A DNA stretch of 60,032 bases, filler included, from Rhabdomonas costata (Eukaryota), in NCBI GenBank assembly GCA_019059605.1. It is 10 parts of 10 records of this genome, joined end to end, with 100 filler letters (N's around TTAATTAATTAA, not from the genome) between each part and the next. Parts side by side here need not be neighbours in the genome. Positions count along the whole stretch, not along the records: positions 35,440 to 41,175 come from JAHMHO010000045.1; positions 41,276 to 48,178 come from JAHMHO010000046.1; positions 48,279 to 53,975 come from JAHMHO010000047.1; 7 more parts are not named here. The stretch is one strand, 5' to 3'. The notes under the pieces are model-generated. The model worked only from the letters and a program-made list of their open reading frames with translations, did no database searches and was not told where the DNA came from. How positions within the stretch are numbered: position 1 is the stretch's first letter; the number at the start of each line of letters is the position of its first letter. The position numbers were made by a program, and so were the translations under genes. Shown here one piece after another: positions 37,225-49,846 of this stretch.

Positions 37225-39100
37225 CTGCAGAGCTCTACCCTGGGCCATGATTTCGTCCAACGCCCGCTTTAGCTCCATCTCCTGACAGACGGACGGAAGG
37301 AAACAAGCAAACTCGTGCCACCTTTCCATTAGTGATGAAAAGCAAAAAACCAGTAGGAAAGAAAAAGAAAAAAGAGAAAAGGACGAAAGAAAGCGACGGA
37401 AAATTACCCCTCACCTAACTGGGAGCCGGTAATTTCGCTGAAAACTTCCTGGAGCGCTCTGTGAAACGTTCTGTTGAAGTTGCCTGCGTTCACTAGCATC
37501 TCCCCTTCAGCAATAAGGTATGCTGCTGGGGCTTAAGCCGAAGCACAGGAAACGGATGCGCGCTGGTCCTTGCACCCCAGACCAGTCACTTCCATTTTTG
37601 ACGGCTCATGTATATTGTGCCGCTTCTAAGAACAATAAAGACGAGCTTTGACAAGGTAGAGGATATTTAAACGCGTCGCAGTGTGGGGTGGAACCCGCCA
37701 GAGCTTTCTCACATATTCTTCCTGTGTTCTGCACGAAGCTCGTCAGAGCAGGTCAGATGAAGGTTCAAAGCCAACGAAAGCTGGCAACCAGTATAGCACT
37801 AGAGATAAGCACGCTCGCGCGCAGACTTTTTCTTTCATCTCGGCTTGGTGGTCCTTGAGCGGGATCAGGCCCTTCGACTTGTCCTTCTCGTCACGGGCCT
37901 TCAGCTGGGCCTTGAGCTCGGTCATCTCCGACGTCATTAACGCAACCTTGCTGAACACACAAATGCCAAAATACTACTACTGACACACGCCGCAGTTTTC
38001 AAAAATCAGCCAAACTGTGATTTTCTAGTGCTTCTCACAGACTGCGAGCTTCACAGCTTCCAGCCAAACCAGGAGAATCAGTCTTAACACTCCACTTTGT
38101 CAGTTTGGATTCTTGCATACTTTCCAATTGGAGATCGTTATTTCCATTGCTTGCTGCACTGGCTCATACTTAAAAATCACTGGCAATGTTCACAGAATGC
38201 ATTGCTCTGCTCCCCTGCTCTGGAAACATATTAAGCTTCGAAAACGAGAATGGGTGCGTCCAACAAAATTCAGACATCTGTGCAAGTTTGCCCAACGACT
38301 GTCTGCGATTTTGACTGGAAACCATCATACCATCAGTGTTCTGTTTTGGCCTCGCGCCAGCTGGCGCGCAGTGTGAAACCGCCTTCGCGCGTCTGCCAAC
38401 CTTCTTCGGCTATGCCTAAACCTGCGCATCCCCAATTCACCCCTTTCCAGCCTCCCACTTTTTCTTCTGTGAGTTTGTTTCTCTCATTCTCCGAGGATCT
38501 ATGATTTCTGTTCTCCCTTCCATTCCGCTGCACACGTCTATTTTGTATTTATTATTGCGTGCGGAAACAGAGACCATTCTGCATGCCCTACGAGTTTCCT
38601 CCTCATCACCACTACGTGGCTTTTTGTTGGATGTTTCTTGGTGCCTGTCCTGTCTTGTTGGCTGTTTGTTTGCTCCAGAATGGACGCTGGCACCCCGTTG
38701 TGCGAGCATGCCCTGTAATCGGTCTGTTGCATTTGGTTTGAAATTGAAGAGCAGTGCTTTGCTCAAGGATCGAAATAATGTGACTTCAAGCGGCAGACAA
38801 GACACCGAGCTGCTTGCTCACAAGTCTCGTTTAAGGGGATGGATAACTGAAGCAGCCCATGACCGTGCATGCCGGGGAATGGGTGATAATGGATGGATAA
38901 TCACGATGGGGGCGGAGCAAAGAGAATATCAGACGTTTCACAAGTCCGTGTCAACTCATCCAGGGCTTCCTGGTAGAACTCCTTCTGTTGCTGCAGCTCC
39001 ACCGCGGCGCGGGCCTGGACCTCACAGACCCGGAGTTGCCACTGTTTCTCGAGGTTCAGCGAGGGGTCAGTCAGCTCACTGAACTTCTCGATCGAACTCT
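37225..39100 (-). CDS. Coiled-coil protein exons (partial model)
   Basis: Short exon-like blocks with heptad character: EKQWQLRVCEVQARAAVELQQQKEFYQEAL, VALMTSEMTELKAQLKARDEKDK and EMELKRALDEIMAQ. Confidence 0.45.
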
Positions 39101-40459
39101 ATAACGGGAGTGAGCGCGAATCAGCACCTGGCCCAAGACCTTTTCATTTGCGCGATGGAATAGTGCATATGTTTGTGAGGAACCGTCGCCTTGGACATGC
39201 ATGTAGGGCGGAAAAGAAAAGAGGAAGAAGGTGCTGCTGTGTTGCACTGGGGCGGGAGGAGGGGCATATAAAGGTCGAAACTAAGAAAGAACCCGCATCT
39301 CACATCTGGGCCCCTTTCGAAAAAAATAACATAAGTTGGTGAGCACAGACACACTTACAAAAATTTTGGTGTTTAAACGTTGCTAAACAGTAAAAGCCAT
39401 AAAAATACAATTATCCAACAATCCAGTCAAGTTACTATTACAGTTCCTATAGCAGATGACGGCCTCCATGGGTTCCGGGTTCGAAGAAAAACGCGCCCTC
39501 CTCACACCCACTCTCCATCCTTTCTCTCCGACGCCCAACACTAAGCTCAACCAACTCGATCTTTGGAACAACCTGTGTATCTGTTATCCCAAAAAATCGA
39601 AATCCCGTTTTCAAACGTTCAACTCTTGTATTGGGCACAGCCCCTGGTACTGGGTTCACGGAGTTATCAGAAAAGGGCACGGTGTAAAATCACTCAAGGG
39701 GCAAAGCGGCAGGAGGCCCGGCCTCCGAAACACTGTGTGGCACGTCCTTTTACCCTCAGGCCGGTACCCGTGCCCCTTGGCGGCTCTTCCTTCCTTCCCT
39801 GAAATCTGAATTGCTCTTTTACCCAAAAATTCCGCCTCCATCCGCAAACCACACTGCAACCTGCCTCCAGAGTAGGAAAAAAGTGGCTATGCCTCTCATT
39901 GGGGGAAGAGCAAATGAAGGGAATGAAGATCGGAATGAAGACGTCTTGTTACACAGCAGCCTTCAATAAACGGGCCTATAGCGTTTCTTTTGGGGTGTTG
40001 GTTGTTGGACCCCCTGTTGCTAACATAGAGATAATCAGGTAAGTGACACGGTTTAGCATTACATCAGCATATTTGGGTAATTCATTACTGCTAAACGGAG
40101 CATTGCATCGAATTCGAGCGGTCCCTACGATACGTGCAACGTTTGCCAGACGCATAACACTTTTCCACTTTTCCTTTTCCACTCCTTTGTCCTTCCTTTT
40201 CCTTCTTGTATCGCTCGATAATTTGAGTCCGGTTCTCGGTCTTCCATCTTCCCTTCCATGCGTTGTTTTGTATCTTCCTTCGGCTCCAAATGACCTTTAA
40301 GCAAATGGAAACACCATGGCAACGCCAGAGAAACTCTAGAAGTGGAAGAACTCTTGCCATATTTACGTCAGTCTCTAGGCCCCTTTGTGAAGGCAATTCT
40401 TGCGCCCTGCGTCTTTGCGTGCTGTGTCCTGTGTGCGAGCGAAAAAAAAAAAGGAGCCA

Positions 40460-40612
40460 ACCTCGAAGATCAAGCCGCCACAACTCGTCGAACCGGACGC
40501 AGGTGTCCAGCCCACCAAACGCAAGCGGGCCGAAGCCTTCACTGGCCATCATCACGTGGCCATACCGGGGGCTTGGCGACCCCGAAGGACCTCGCAGCAC
40601 TGCCCACTTCAT
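40460..40612 (-). CDS. Kelch-repeat protein exon
   Basis: WAVL..PSPRYGHVM....LAFGG.....FDELWRLDL is one Kelch blade; it is followed by a GT donor. Confidence 0.75.
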
Positions 40613-41790
40613 TCCGACCCGAATGTATTGTTTAAAGGTGCACCCGCACCTTCAAGTACAACAAATCTCTAAGTTTCTGAAAAGGCAGAAAGACCAAAAT
40701 AAGGAGTTTTCCACCTGCAACGCTGAACTCCCGTACGCACGGGAAGCAGCAGGCAAAGCTGAAATGAGCTGACTCCCAACTTACACACTGTTTATGTCCC
40801 CCAGTTTACAGAAAGGGATGGCTGGTCAATCGAAAGGAGATTTAAGCGTACGCGATGGTGGCGAGTGCGTGAGTCATACAGAGAGTGTGGAGAAGCCATG
40901 CCCGTGTGCCCCATCCATGGTTGGGTCCAAGTGGTTTTTGGGGAGGAGTGCTATCGCCTGGTAACGGCGAGGCCAAGACTCGGTGATGTGCAAACTTGCC
41001 CACGCTATAGAAACGGAAGGCAGCTCACTTCATGGCGTTATGTGCAGGATCCAATTTCGCTGAATATAGAGCACATTTGGGCTGAAATGCTGCCACCACA
41101 AGGGCTGAAGCCAAGAAATGCACAGCCAACGTACACGAGACATGTAGCAGACTTCTTGCGCCACGGCAGATTAAGNNNNNNNNNNNNNNNNNNNNNNNNN
41201 NNNNNNNNNNNNNNNNNNNTTAATTAATTAANNNNNNNNNNNNNNNNNNNNNNNNNNNNNNNNNNNNNNNNNNNNTTTGTTTGGGATGCCACCCTCATCA
41301 TCACATTCATCCTCGGAAGAGGCTGGGCTGGGGTTGAGAGCAGGCAGGCCTTTTGCTGTGCTCTAGGTCTTGTACTCTCAGATGGGTTATCTTCCCGTTG
41401 ATGATATGACACTATATCGCTTTTGTTTTTTGTTTGGCTGTCGGTCAAGTGTAGTGTAGTGTGCAGCCCCCCTCCGAGGAGACCTCTCGACTGACGATAG
41501 GATGCGATTCTCTATACCCTATATCTCAAACAGAAAGGGTGATGGGGGGATTTCGTGCAGTGCATTTCCTGAATTAGGGCCAAGGTTTTGGGTCCACAAG
41601 CTTCCCTTGGATGCAGGAGCTGCCGGCAAAGCCGGTGCCAGCCCGTTTTGTTCAGGTGAGTTTGATTGCACTTGGTGTGAATAAATGGGAAGGCATTGCT
41701 TTGTTGCATTGCCGTGATGCAGAGAATCCGTGAAATGAAAAACCGAAGAAATCGGACCGAACCTGCTGACGCTGTGTATTCTGATTGCAG

Positions 41791-42259
41791 GATGAGTAAC
41801 CACTCTCTGGAGATCCGCAACGACGTCATCAGCTTCACCTCGGATCCTCTTACCTCTTCCCTGGAGATCATGGGCGCGGTCCACGCAGAGCTCTATTTCT
41901 CCTCAACCAACCCCTTGCCCGACCTCTTTGTCAGGCTGTGCGCCGTCACCATCAAGATGGCCACCCCGGTCGTGGTCTGTGACGGCCTTCTTCGGGTGAA
42001 GTCCTGCGTTGGCAAACCTATGCCTGATGGCACCCGCCGGGTGGAGGTCGACATGTGGTCCACGGCATTCCGGGTTGCCGCAGGGCAGAGCCTGAGGGTC
42101 ACCGTCTCCAGCGCCGCCTATCCGCGCTTCCTACGCAGTGCAAATACTCCGAACATCTGGACGGGGGTCACACCGGACACCCCGAAGTCCGTGCAGTGGA
42201 TCTACCATGATGTGACCCACCCTTCGTGTGTGGTGCTTCCGGTGACCTGTGGGGTGTGA
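41791..42259 (+). CDS. CocE/NonD family hydrolase, C-terminal (PepX_C) domain; terminal exon
   Basis: LEIRNDVISFTSDPL..LEIMG.V.AEL..SST..DLFVRLC..VCDG.LR..VEVDMWSTAFR..GQSLRV.VSSAAYPRF..IYHD..HPS.VVLP. Preceded by a TTGCAG acceptor. Confidence 0.9.
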
Positions 42260-43648
42260 AGCCCCTTCTGCAGTCCGTTTCGCGGTGCATACTGCGGCAG
42301 GCCTTTTGGGGCCCCACTCGCGGTGCATCTTTCATTTGCCGTTTGCCATTTGATGTTTGCAGTTGTTTTGCTGTGTGCTTATCTGCTGTGAGAGAGAGCC
42401 ATGCTCCCTGCTCCCGGTCCTTTCTTGTTGCTTTCTTTTGGCTGCATTTTGACATTGGCCGGTCTTGACACACCAGCCGTTGTCAGAGTCCTTATCGCTC
42501 TCTGTGTTGGCCCTCCTTTGATGAGCCCCCCGGAGCTCCCCACTTGTCCCACTTGTCTTCGCCATTGCAATGTTTCTTTGGGTGAATTTTGTCTAGTCTA
42601 TTGGGACAGAGTCTTTTTCAGGACTTCACCATCCCGCGTGTGCACTCATTCGTGTGTGCGAGGCGAATTGTGCTTCGTTTTCGTTCCGTAGGTCTGTATA
42701 TTTTTATGATGATAAATCATGTCAACAAGCCATGTGATGTAAAAAGCAACACGAACAGCTTGAAGCATCATCAAAATTTCCAACGTTCAAAGGTGAGAAC
42801 GTAGATTCTAAGAAAATTTTTATAGATTGTTTATAAATGATGTTGTAAAGTATGTAATTAATGAAGATAAAGACGTTAACATGAATTTATTTATGATGGA
42901 TCGATACAAGAAATGCTTTTCGAAATGTTAAACTCAAAGTACACACCAGATATAATTTTTATGGACAATACAATTAAAGGTTTGACGTCGTTTATTTTTT
43001 TAAAATAAATGATTGTCAATATGTAGAGCAACATTCAAGCATAGCGTCAGATTCTTTACATATAATAGATGAAGAAGATTTTGATACATTCTATAAGTAC
43101 AATAATAAAGCTAATGAATGGCTATTGAATGATATGTTCGTATCGAAATTTGAGTCGGAAACAAGAAAATATCTTGGATATCATGTTAATCCACAACATA
43201 AAAAAGGCGCACTTTCAATACTAAAGAGCATCAAATACCCCTCAAAAGTGGCAAATAACTGAAAAACCACAATAGATTTGACTCAACCAGGAAAATATCG
43301 GGGTTTAATGGGCAAGAGGATGCGCAAGACCAAACAAGACTACACCAGCAAAAATGCAGGTACATGTTGGCGGGTGTGCTAATTGGTTAAATTTCGAGTT
43401 AATGCGGTGGTCTCGAAAATTGAGCAATTTTTCACGTCAAGTTCGTCAAGTTCGAGACGCTCATTTTTGACGGTGGTTTCAAAAATTGCGCGCGCGATTT
43501 TGTCCATTTTCCAAGACGCCCGTCTTAGACGCTGGTCTTGGATTTTGCCCATGGCAATTGGACAAGACGGGCTGGTCTCGGCGATGTATAAATGTGTAAA
43601 TATACTGTATACTGTAATACTGTATACATACATAGTATATTATATACA

Positions 43649-43774
43649 CAGTACAGTACAGTACAGTACAGTACAGTACAGTACAGTACAGTACAGTACA
43701 GTACAGTACAGTACAGTACAGTACAGTACAGTACAGTACAGTACAGTACAGTACAGTACAGTACAGTACAGTAC
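43649..43774 (+). repeat. (CAGTA)n pentanucleotide microsatellite
   Basis: About 25 perfect units running into a gap. Confidence 0.97.
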
Positions 43775-44213
43775 NNNNNNNNNNNNNNNNNNNNNNNNNN
43801 NNNNNNNNNNNNNNNNNNNNNNNNNNNNNNNNNNNNNNNNNNNNNNNNNNNNNNNNNNNNNNNNNNNNNNNNNNNNNNNNNNNNNNNNNNNNNNNNNNNN
43901 NNNNNNNNNNNNNNNNNNNNNNNNNNNNNNNNNNNNNNNNNNNNNNNNNNNNNNNNNNNNNNNNNNNNNNNNNNNNNNNNNNNNNNNNNNNNNNNNNNNN
44001 NNNNNNNNNNNNNNNGGGGTTGTGTTCCCCATGGGAGCACTTTTCTTTTTCGAGGGCTTTGCCTCACCGTTGCTTTCTAACGACAGCACACCCACATTGA
44101 ACTAACCCTACCGCCCAAGCACCAAGCCCAAGCCTACCGTCCCGCTCCTAATCCATGTTCCCAAACGATCACTGTTGAATCGACCAAGGGCGAAAGGCGA
44201 AGGGCGGAGGGGA

Positions 44214-46652
44214 CCTTGTGCTTCGCCAGCACCACGGGGTCGGCGAACAACCGATCCGGAAAGGGAACTGGGCAGTTGGCCTCAGCGCAGTAAAAGTGGT
44301 GCTTCTGTCCGTGCTCCCCCAGCGACGGGCCATCCTCGTAGAACACAGGGCTGCCGCTGGTGCTCGCGCTGTCACACAACTGACCCGAAAACAAAAAGGG
44401 GGAATTGAAACAGAGGTCGGGCGTAAGTAAATTAGCCTCTGCCTAGATTCCAAACTATCATCAAAACATGCGGTGGTGCGGCAGGTGGTGAACCCCCGAG
44501 CAGCCGAAAGCGACCCTGCTCTACTCAGCAAAGTAAGTTTTGTGGGCATGGACGGCCAAGAGCCCTGTTCGCCGTGGGGGTATGCGTTTGCTGTACATTG
44601 CATTGAGGGAGCTGTTGTTAAACACTTCTCAGCTAAATGAAAATTTCCCCCAAAGGGAAAAATTTCCCCCAAACCCCACGTGGATGCAATACACGTGTCC
44701 CCTGGGACTCCGACAGAACACATTGCACAGGGTTAGGTGGAGAAGCACGTATCCCCTAGGATTGCAACAGAGTGCATGGTTGGGAGGCCATTGCAGGGTG
44801 AGGAGGCCATGCATGCGTCCCCTGGGACTCCGACACAAGATTTTGCAGACAGTTCGGAGGTGACGCACGTATCTCAAGGGATTACAATAGAAGCTGGTCC
44901 CCCACGTTATGTGCACGGTAGAAACCCTGAAAACTTGGAAAGGAAACACAAGTCCTGCAAAGTGAAACGATTAAAAAGGCAACATTGCAGACCCCACACG
45001 CGAAGTGTTGCTCGTAAAGATGGTGCAGCAGAGTGTCAACGTCGAACAGCAGCACGCGGCAGAAATCACACCGGGGGTGACCAAAGAAGTGCTCTCCGCA
45101 CCCATCAGCGTCTCTGCAGCAATGGAATAGGCAACCTAAGCTAAAAACAAAAAGCAAACATTTTTAATTTGGGCGGCGTTTTGAGACTCACACTGACGCA
45201 TTTGGTGGAGAGAGACGGCTGGGAGTGAAGGTGTGAGGCGTGCTAGAGAAAAAGAAGCTGCGTCGAGGGAAGCGTGCCGTCGGGTAGGTTTTTCGCCCCG
45301 TCGTTGTCAAGCATGCCCCTCCCCCATTTAGCTATGAAATCTTGGTGACACTCATAGCATAATCATAGACATGTGATTTGCAACTACAGTGACAGGATGC
45401 GCCCCGGACCAGATTGGCTGCACCAAATTGCGAGTGTTGTTGGGTAGCTGTCGTCCTTGTCGGCTTATTGGGATTTAAGCTTGACGGATGTTATTCACAT
45501 TTAATCACGTAAGCACGTTTATGCGCTTCTCTCCAAGCGTGTGGGTCCTGCGCCCTTTCGCACCTGTGGTACGTCAGGGGTGGTCAACCCACATGGTTTC
45601 CTTTAGAGCGAAATGGCGACCAATCCACAGCTAGAGAGAGAGTTAGAGAGAGAGAGAGAGTCACTCGGCCTTTTGCAAGTAACAGCATTGACAAACGCCC
45701 ACCGAGAGCGAGCGCAGCTAGATTAGCGGATGTTGCCCTTTCAGAATTGGGGCAATTTGGTATGACACTCCTGTTTGAAGATCTCAGTCCGTTAGAGTTA
45801 TTGGTGGGGCAAAAAGCTTGTACGTGTGGTCAAAAACGAGTCACAAAAAAATGCCTGGAAGTGGTGGGATCCCACTTGCCGTGGACCTCAAGTTCCGCCG
45901 CGGTGTAAGTGGGCAGCTCCGAGGTGAAGGCAACTCGATGTTCAAGACAAGCGGTGCAGTATTGCAGCCCATGGCAATCCAGTAGATGTCTGGCAAGGTC
46001 AGGGAGGTTGAAAAACTCCTCTGTGCAGCGTGGGCAGAGAAGCTGCCGAAGCGGGCGCACAACGGTCTCCACCACCTCGTCTTCCAAATGTGCCTAAAAA
46101 TCCATGTTTGTCATGAAAAATAGCAAATGTTTCTGCAATCACCAAAATCTTGCCAGCACTCGACTCACCTGGCCGATGGGGTGACGTTGAAGAACAGCTG
46201 TTAACCATTGGTCAAAAAGTGTCAAATTTCAAAAAAAAAAAAAGTGGGGGCAAAGGCAAAAAAAAAAAGACAGACTAACCACCGACACAAAAATTCGACG
46301 GTGATGCAAAAATGTCGAAAAGCGACACAACTTACTGAGAGCTTACAATGTCGCGTCGCAAAGCAGTGCCAAAGAACGAGCGAACGAAATGGCGGCGGGA
46401 GGGAGGAGGGCAGGAGACCTTCCATTTTTCCACAAAAGTCTTGCAACGACCCTTAAGGGCGGCAAAGGGACTGATGATTCCCTCGGAACCCCGAACCAGA
46501 ACAACCTCGGGTGAGGGCAGCGTGCAAAGCGGGCAGGCAAAGTCTCCCAAAAGCTGCCGCAAACGCAAAATGCACAGATGGCAAAAGGCATGCTCACAGC
46601 GGAGCACACCCACGACAACTGGACGATGACAGCAAATAGGACACTCCATCAT
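44214..46652 (-). CDS. ZNF598: ZNF598/Hel2-like RING E3 ubiquitin ligase (ribosome quality control), multi-exon, 3'-partial
   Basis: Exon ~46652-46506 carries the RING CPIC..CEHAFCHLCILRLRQLL..CPLC. Exon ~46093-45879 has CPRC..LARH..HGLQYCTAC..F..E...YT..EL..H. Exon ~45116-44970 has GHPRCDFC..FDVDTLLHH..QHFACGVC. Exon ~44383-44214 has H..HFYC..C..F..LAKH. Confidence 0.85.
44692..44891 (+). repeat. A-B-A-B higher-order tandem repeat (120-bp period) in an intron
   Basis: CCTGGGACTCCGACA occurs at 44701 and 44821. A related CACGTATC..GGATT.CAA.AGA unit occurs at ~44747 and ~44866. Confidence 0.75.
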
Positions 46653-47379
46653 AAGAAAAAGACTGCAGAAGCACTTTTGAAGTGTGATTGCTTTCGTGTT
46701 TCCAAACACCAAACACGCAAGCGCGCGCGAAGACAAGAAAACAAAGGGGGACTTCTTCTTCAGCGAATCAAACCTGCACAGACCATTTTGGCTCTGTCTT
46801 GCTGTACAGCGAGGGATGCAACATGGACTCTGCTTGGGAGCTTGCAATGAGTTAGTTACGGAGACACGACGAATGCTTCAACGACCTTCAACTGTTAAAG
46901 TTAAAAATGAGTTCTCCCATTACCAAAAGGGACGGTTGTACAATTAGAATGTGCTCGAATCGCCCAAGCGGGGCGAGGACCTGGCTTCAGGATCCGGGCA
47001 GTTGTGGCAGCGGCTGGCTGGAAGTTTGGCCCAGGGCGTGGCAAGCCGTACGGTCGTCAAATGAGGTCAGAACAGGCAACGAGCTCTCCCGTTCTTCTAT
47101 TCTTTCTCTTTCACTCCTACTTTTGACCACCGCCTGTCCCCTGCCCGCAAGGCGCAACCGACTTTTCAAATTGTCGCACGCCGCCCATTTTGTAGCGCTG
47201 ATTGGCTCTATAGCGGTAGATGGCGCTGGTTCGCATTTATGCATCCAAACGTGCAAACGGTTTGTCGAACATTGCTCTAACTTGATGTTTGTTGCTGCCC
47301 CAATTCAACAATAGCTCCAGCCCCCCCCCCCCACTTCGGGTGTGGTCGCCGAAGAGGTCCCAAGTGCCACCAGAGAACT

Positions 47380-47900
47380 GCGCACTGGGGCAACACGGGT
47401 GTCGCTGCCAAGGCGGAACTTCAGCACGGTGCGCAACACCACACTGTGTCCAGCCACGTTACAGTTGAAGGGTTGAGGTATTGCGGGCCGTGTGAAGCCA
47501 ACCAAGCCCAGTCTGCTGCGCATGGGAGAGCACATGGTTCTCTTCCAGACAGGGGTTCTTGGACGACGACTGCCTGTGCGCCATATTAGAAACACTGGAA
47601 GCGGCCCTATGCTCCGAAGTGTCGGTTTGGAGGTCAACGAGAAAAGCGAGCACCTTCTGGGGCCCAGGAGCAACTGACCCCCTCGCACCTCCCGGCGTGA
47701 AGTTTGCTCCACCAGAAGGGGACGTGGTTGTCCTTGGCCGCCCTTTCGGAAAGACCGCCTCGGGAAAGGGTTCTCTCTGCAAAATTGGCTCCACTCCGAG
47801 ATCTCTGGCACGGTCCGGTGGAATGGGCCTCTTTCGTGGCCGTGGCCCCTTTCCCAGATCTGGCGTCCGTTCTAACAGCGGAGGCAGCCGGCCACACCTT
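47380..47900 (+). pseudogene. Probable non-LTR retrotransposon RT relic (CRE/SLACS-like)
   Basis: Frameshifted motifs FLDDDCL (YLDD-like), VGLEVNEKSE (GL.VN..K) and GDVVVLGRPFG (G..VLG.P.G) appear in the expected order. Confidence 0.45.
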
Positions 47901-48399
47901 GAAGACCTCCTGAACGTGCCGGGTTTGGGGGCAGCTTGTCACACATGGTTCACTTTTCGGCGCGAAACCCCGACCCCATCGGGGTTTCGCGCCGAGAAGA
48001 CCTCTCTTGCATATGACAAAGTATGACCATCTACTGCGGACTTCCAGGTTTACTCCAGGACACGTTAGCAGCAGGGGGTTAGATAACCTTTCCCAGGTTC
48101 CCGCAAGGACCGCCGTGCGGTGCTCTGCCAACCATTTCTTTTCTCTCCCTCCATGATGGGATGTCCAACCAACCCACCNNNNNNNNNNNNNNNNNNNNNN
48201 NNNNNNNNNNNNNNNNNNNNNNTTAATTAATTAANNNNNNNNNNNNNNNNNNNNNNNNNNNNNNNNNNNNNNNNNNNNTGTTTTGTTTTCGTTCATACGG
48301 AGCTCTACTCCGGAGAACGAAAACAAAGCGGTGCTGGGCCATGCAAAAATATAGCGAAAGCGAAATTAATCTTTCAAAACAGAGAACCCGAAGAATGGT

Positions 48400-49280
48400 C
48401 TCCGGGCATTGCACCAGTCCTCGACGAAGCCCCTGGACTTCGGCCTCGGCCTGAGAAACCTGCATGCTCAGACTAGCCTGTGCCAGGCAGTAAAAGAGAA
48501 CAGCAACGCAGGCAACAACGATTACTCATTGGGAATTCATCCCCTCCTTTTGAAGCCTCGAAACACCGCACTGTTCCCACCTCGGTGCATTCCCAAAAGA
48601 AGGTGCAGTCCCGAAACTTCCACGGCTCAGGCCAGGCGTGTCACATTCTCAGCCACACCACACCCACCCATCGACTCACCCACCCAGATATACACCGTGA
48701 ACAAACGAATGCAGGATTATTTAATGTAAGAGTGCGGTGTGGGGAGGAATGGTTGAATGGTCTCTTCTCAGCACCCCTCCCCACCAGATTTCCTTACATC
48801 TCCTTCCCTTGCACGTATGCACACTCACATACATCTTTGTTCTGCAGGGACTGAGCGAGCCTGTCCACTTCGTTCTTTGCGGCCTGCAGCTCGGCCTTCT
48901 GCGAGATCAGGGCCCTGACCTGGATGGCGAGGTCCAGGATTTGCTGCTCCACCTCCAAAGCCTTGGGCCGATCCGCCTCAAACTCAGAGCTGCAGACATG
49001 ACGTGTAACCCCTGACATCTTCAGTATCGTGAGGTCTGTAGCGTCCGTGGGTAATGACATCAAAACAGAGAACAGCAAAAACAGAACAGCAAAACAGAAC
49101 AGAAAATGGAGCAGTGTGATGAGTGTGATGCATTAGGCAACAGTCAACCGGTAGGTGAGAGAGTAAAAAGAGTGAAGGGGGATGGTACGAAAGGTCGCCA
49201 TACATCCTTTGCTCGTAGAGCTTCTCCAGCTGCTGCCCCCTCGCTCTCTCAAGCTTCGCTTGCTCATCCAAAATGCGCTG
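48400..49280 (-). CDS. Coiled-coil protein exons (partial model)
   Basis: Exon-like blocks RILDEQAKLERARGQQLEKLYEQR, ALEVEQQILDLAIQVRALISQKAELQAAKNEVDRLAQSLQ and VSQAEAEVQGLRRGL, with plausible splice sites. Confidence 0.5.
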
Positions 49281-49846
49281 CACAAACAAAATCGAGCATT
49301 CATGCACCTCGAGAAAAATGAAACAGATTGTGGCTCACTGAAACAAGTGTGAGGTCACGGGCAGCCGCAGCATTGGTATAGACACTGCATCCCCCCGAGG
49401 TCACCAACCACTCTACCAAACTTAATTTCTGCAATTGAAAACATAGCGCAGGAAAACAAAGGATTGAACGAGAGAAGAAGCGTACTGCGGGCGAAACGTG
49501 CATAGCAACCTTAAAAACACACGCAGAACTTGTGGAACTTTTCATAAAGCAATTCAATTTTCCAGTGCTGAGCTGCTGTTCAAAACGGCCTGATCGGCGT
49601 TCAGAACATACGAACTCACTTTGTGGGGTTGCTTTGCCGTATTAAAGACAGTGCTTTGCTGAGCTTATGGGGATGGCATTGATAATGGTGGTGGTTGCAG
49701 TGAGCAGTGGAAGCGTGAGTAGTGCATGCACAAACCATTTCTTCGCTCGCAGGGTCAATCTCCACAAACAGCTGGCGGCGAAACTCCACAAGCACCAGCA
49801 GACTGCTGAGGAACTTCCGTACTCTGAATGCACAGTGAGCACAATC

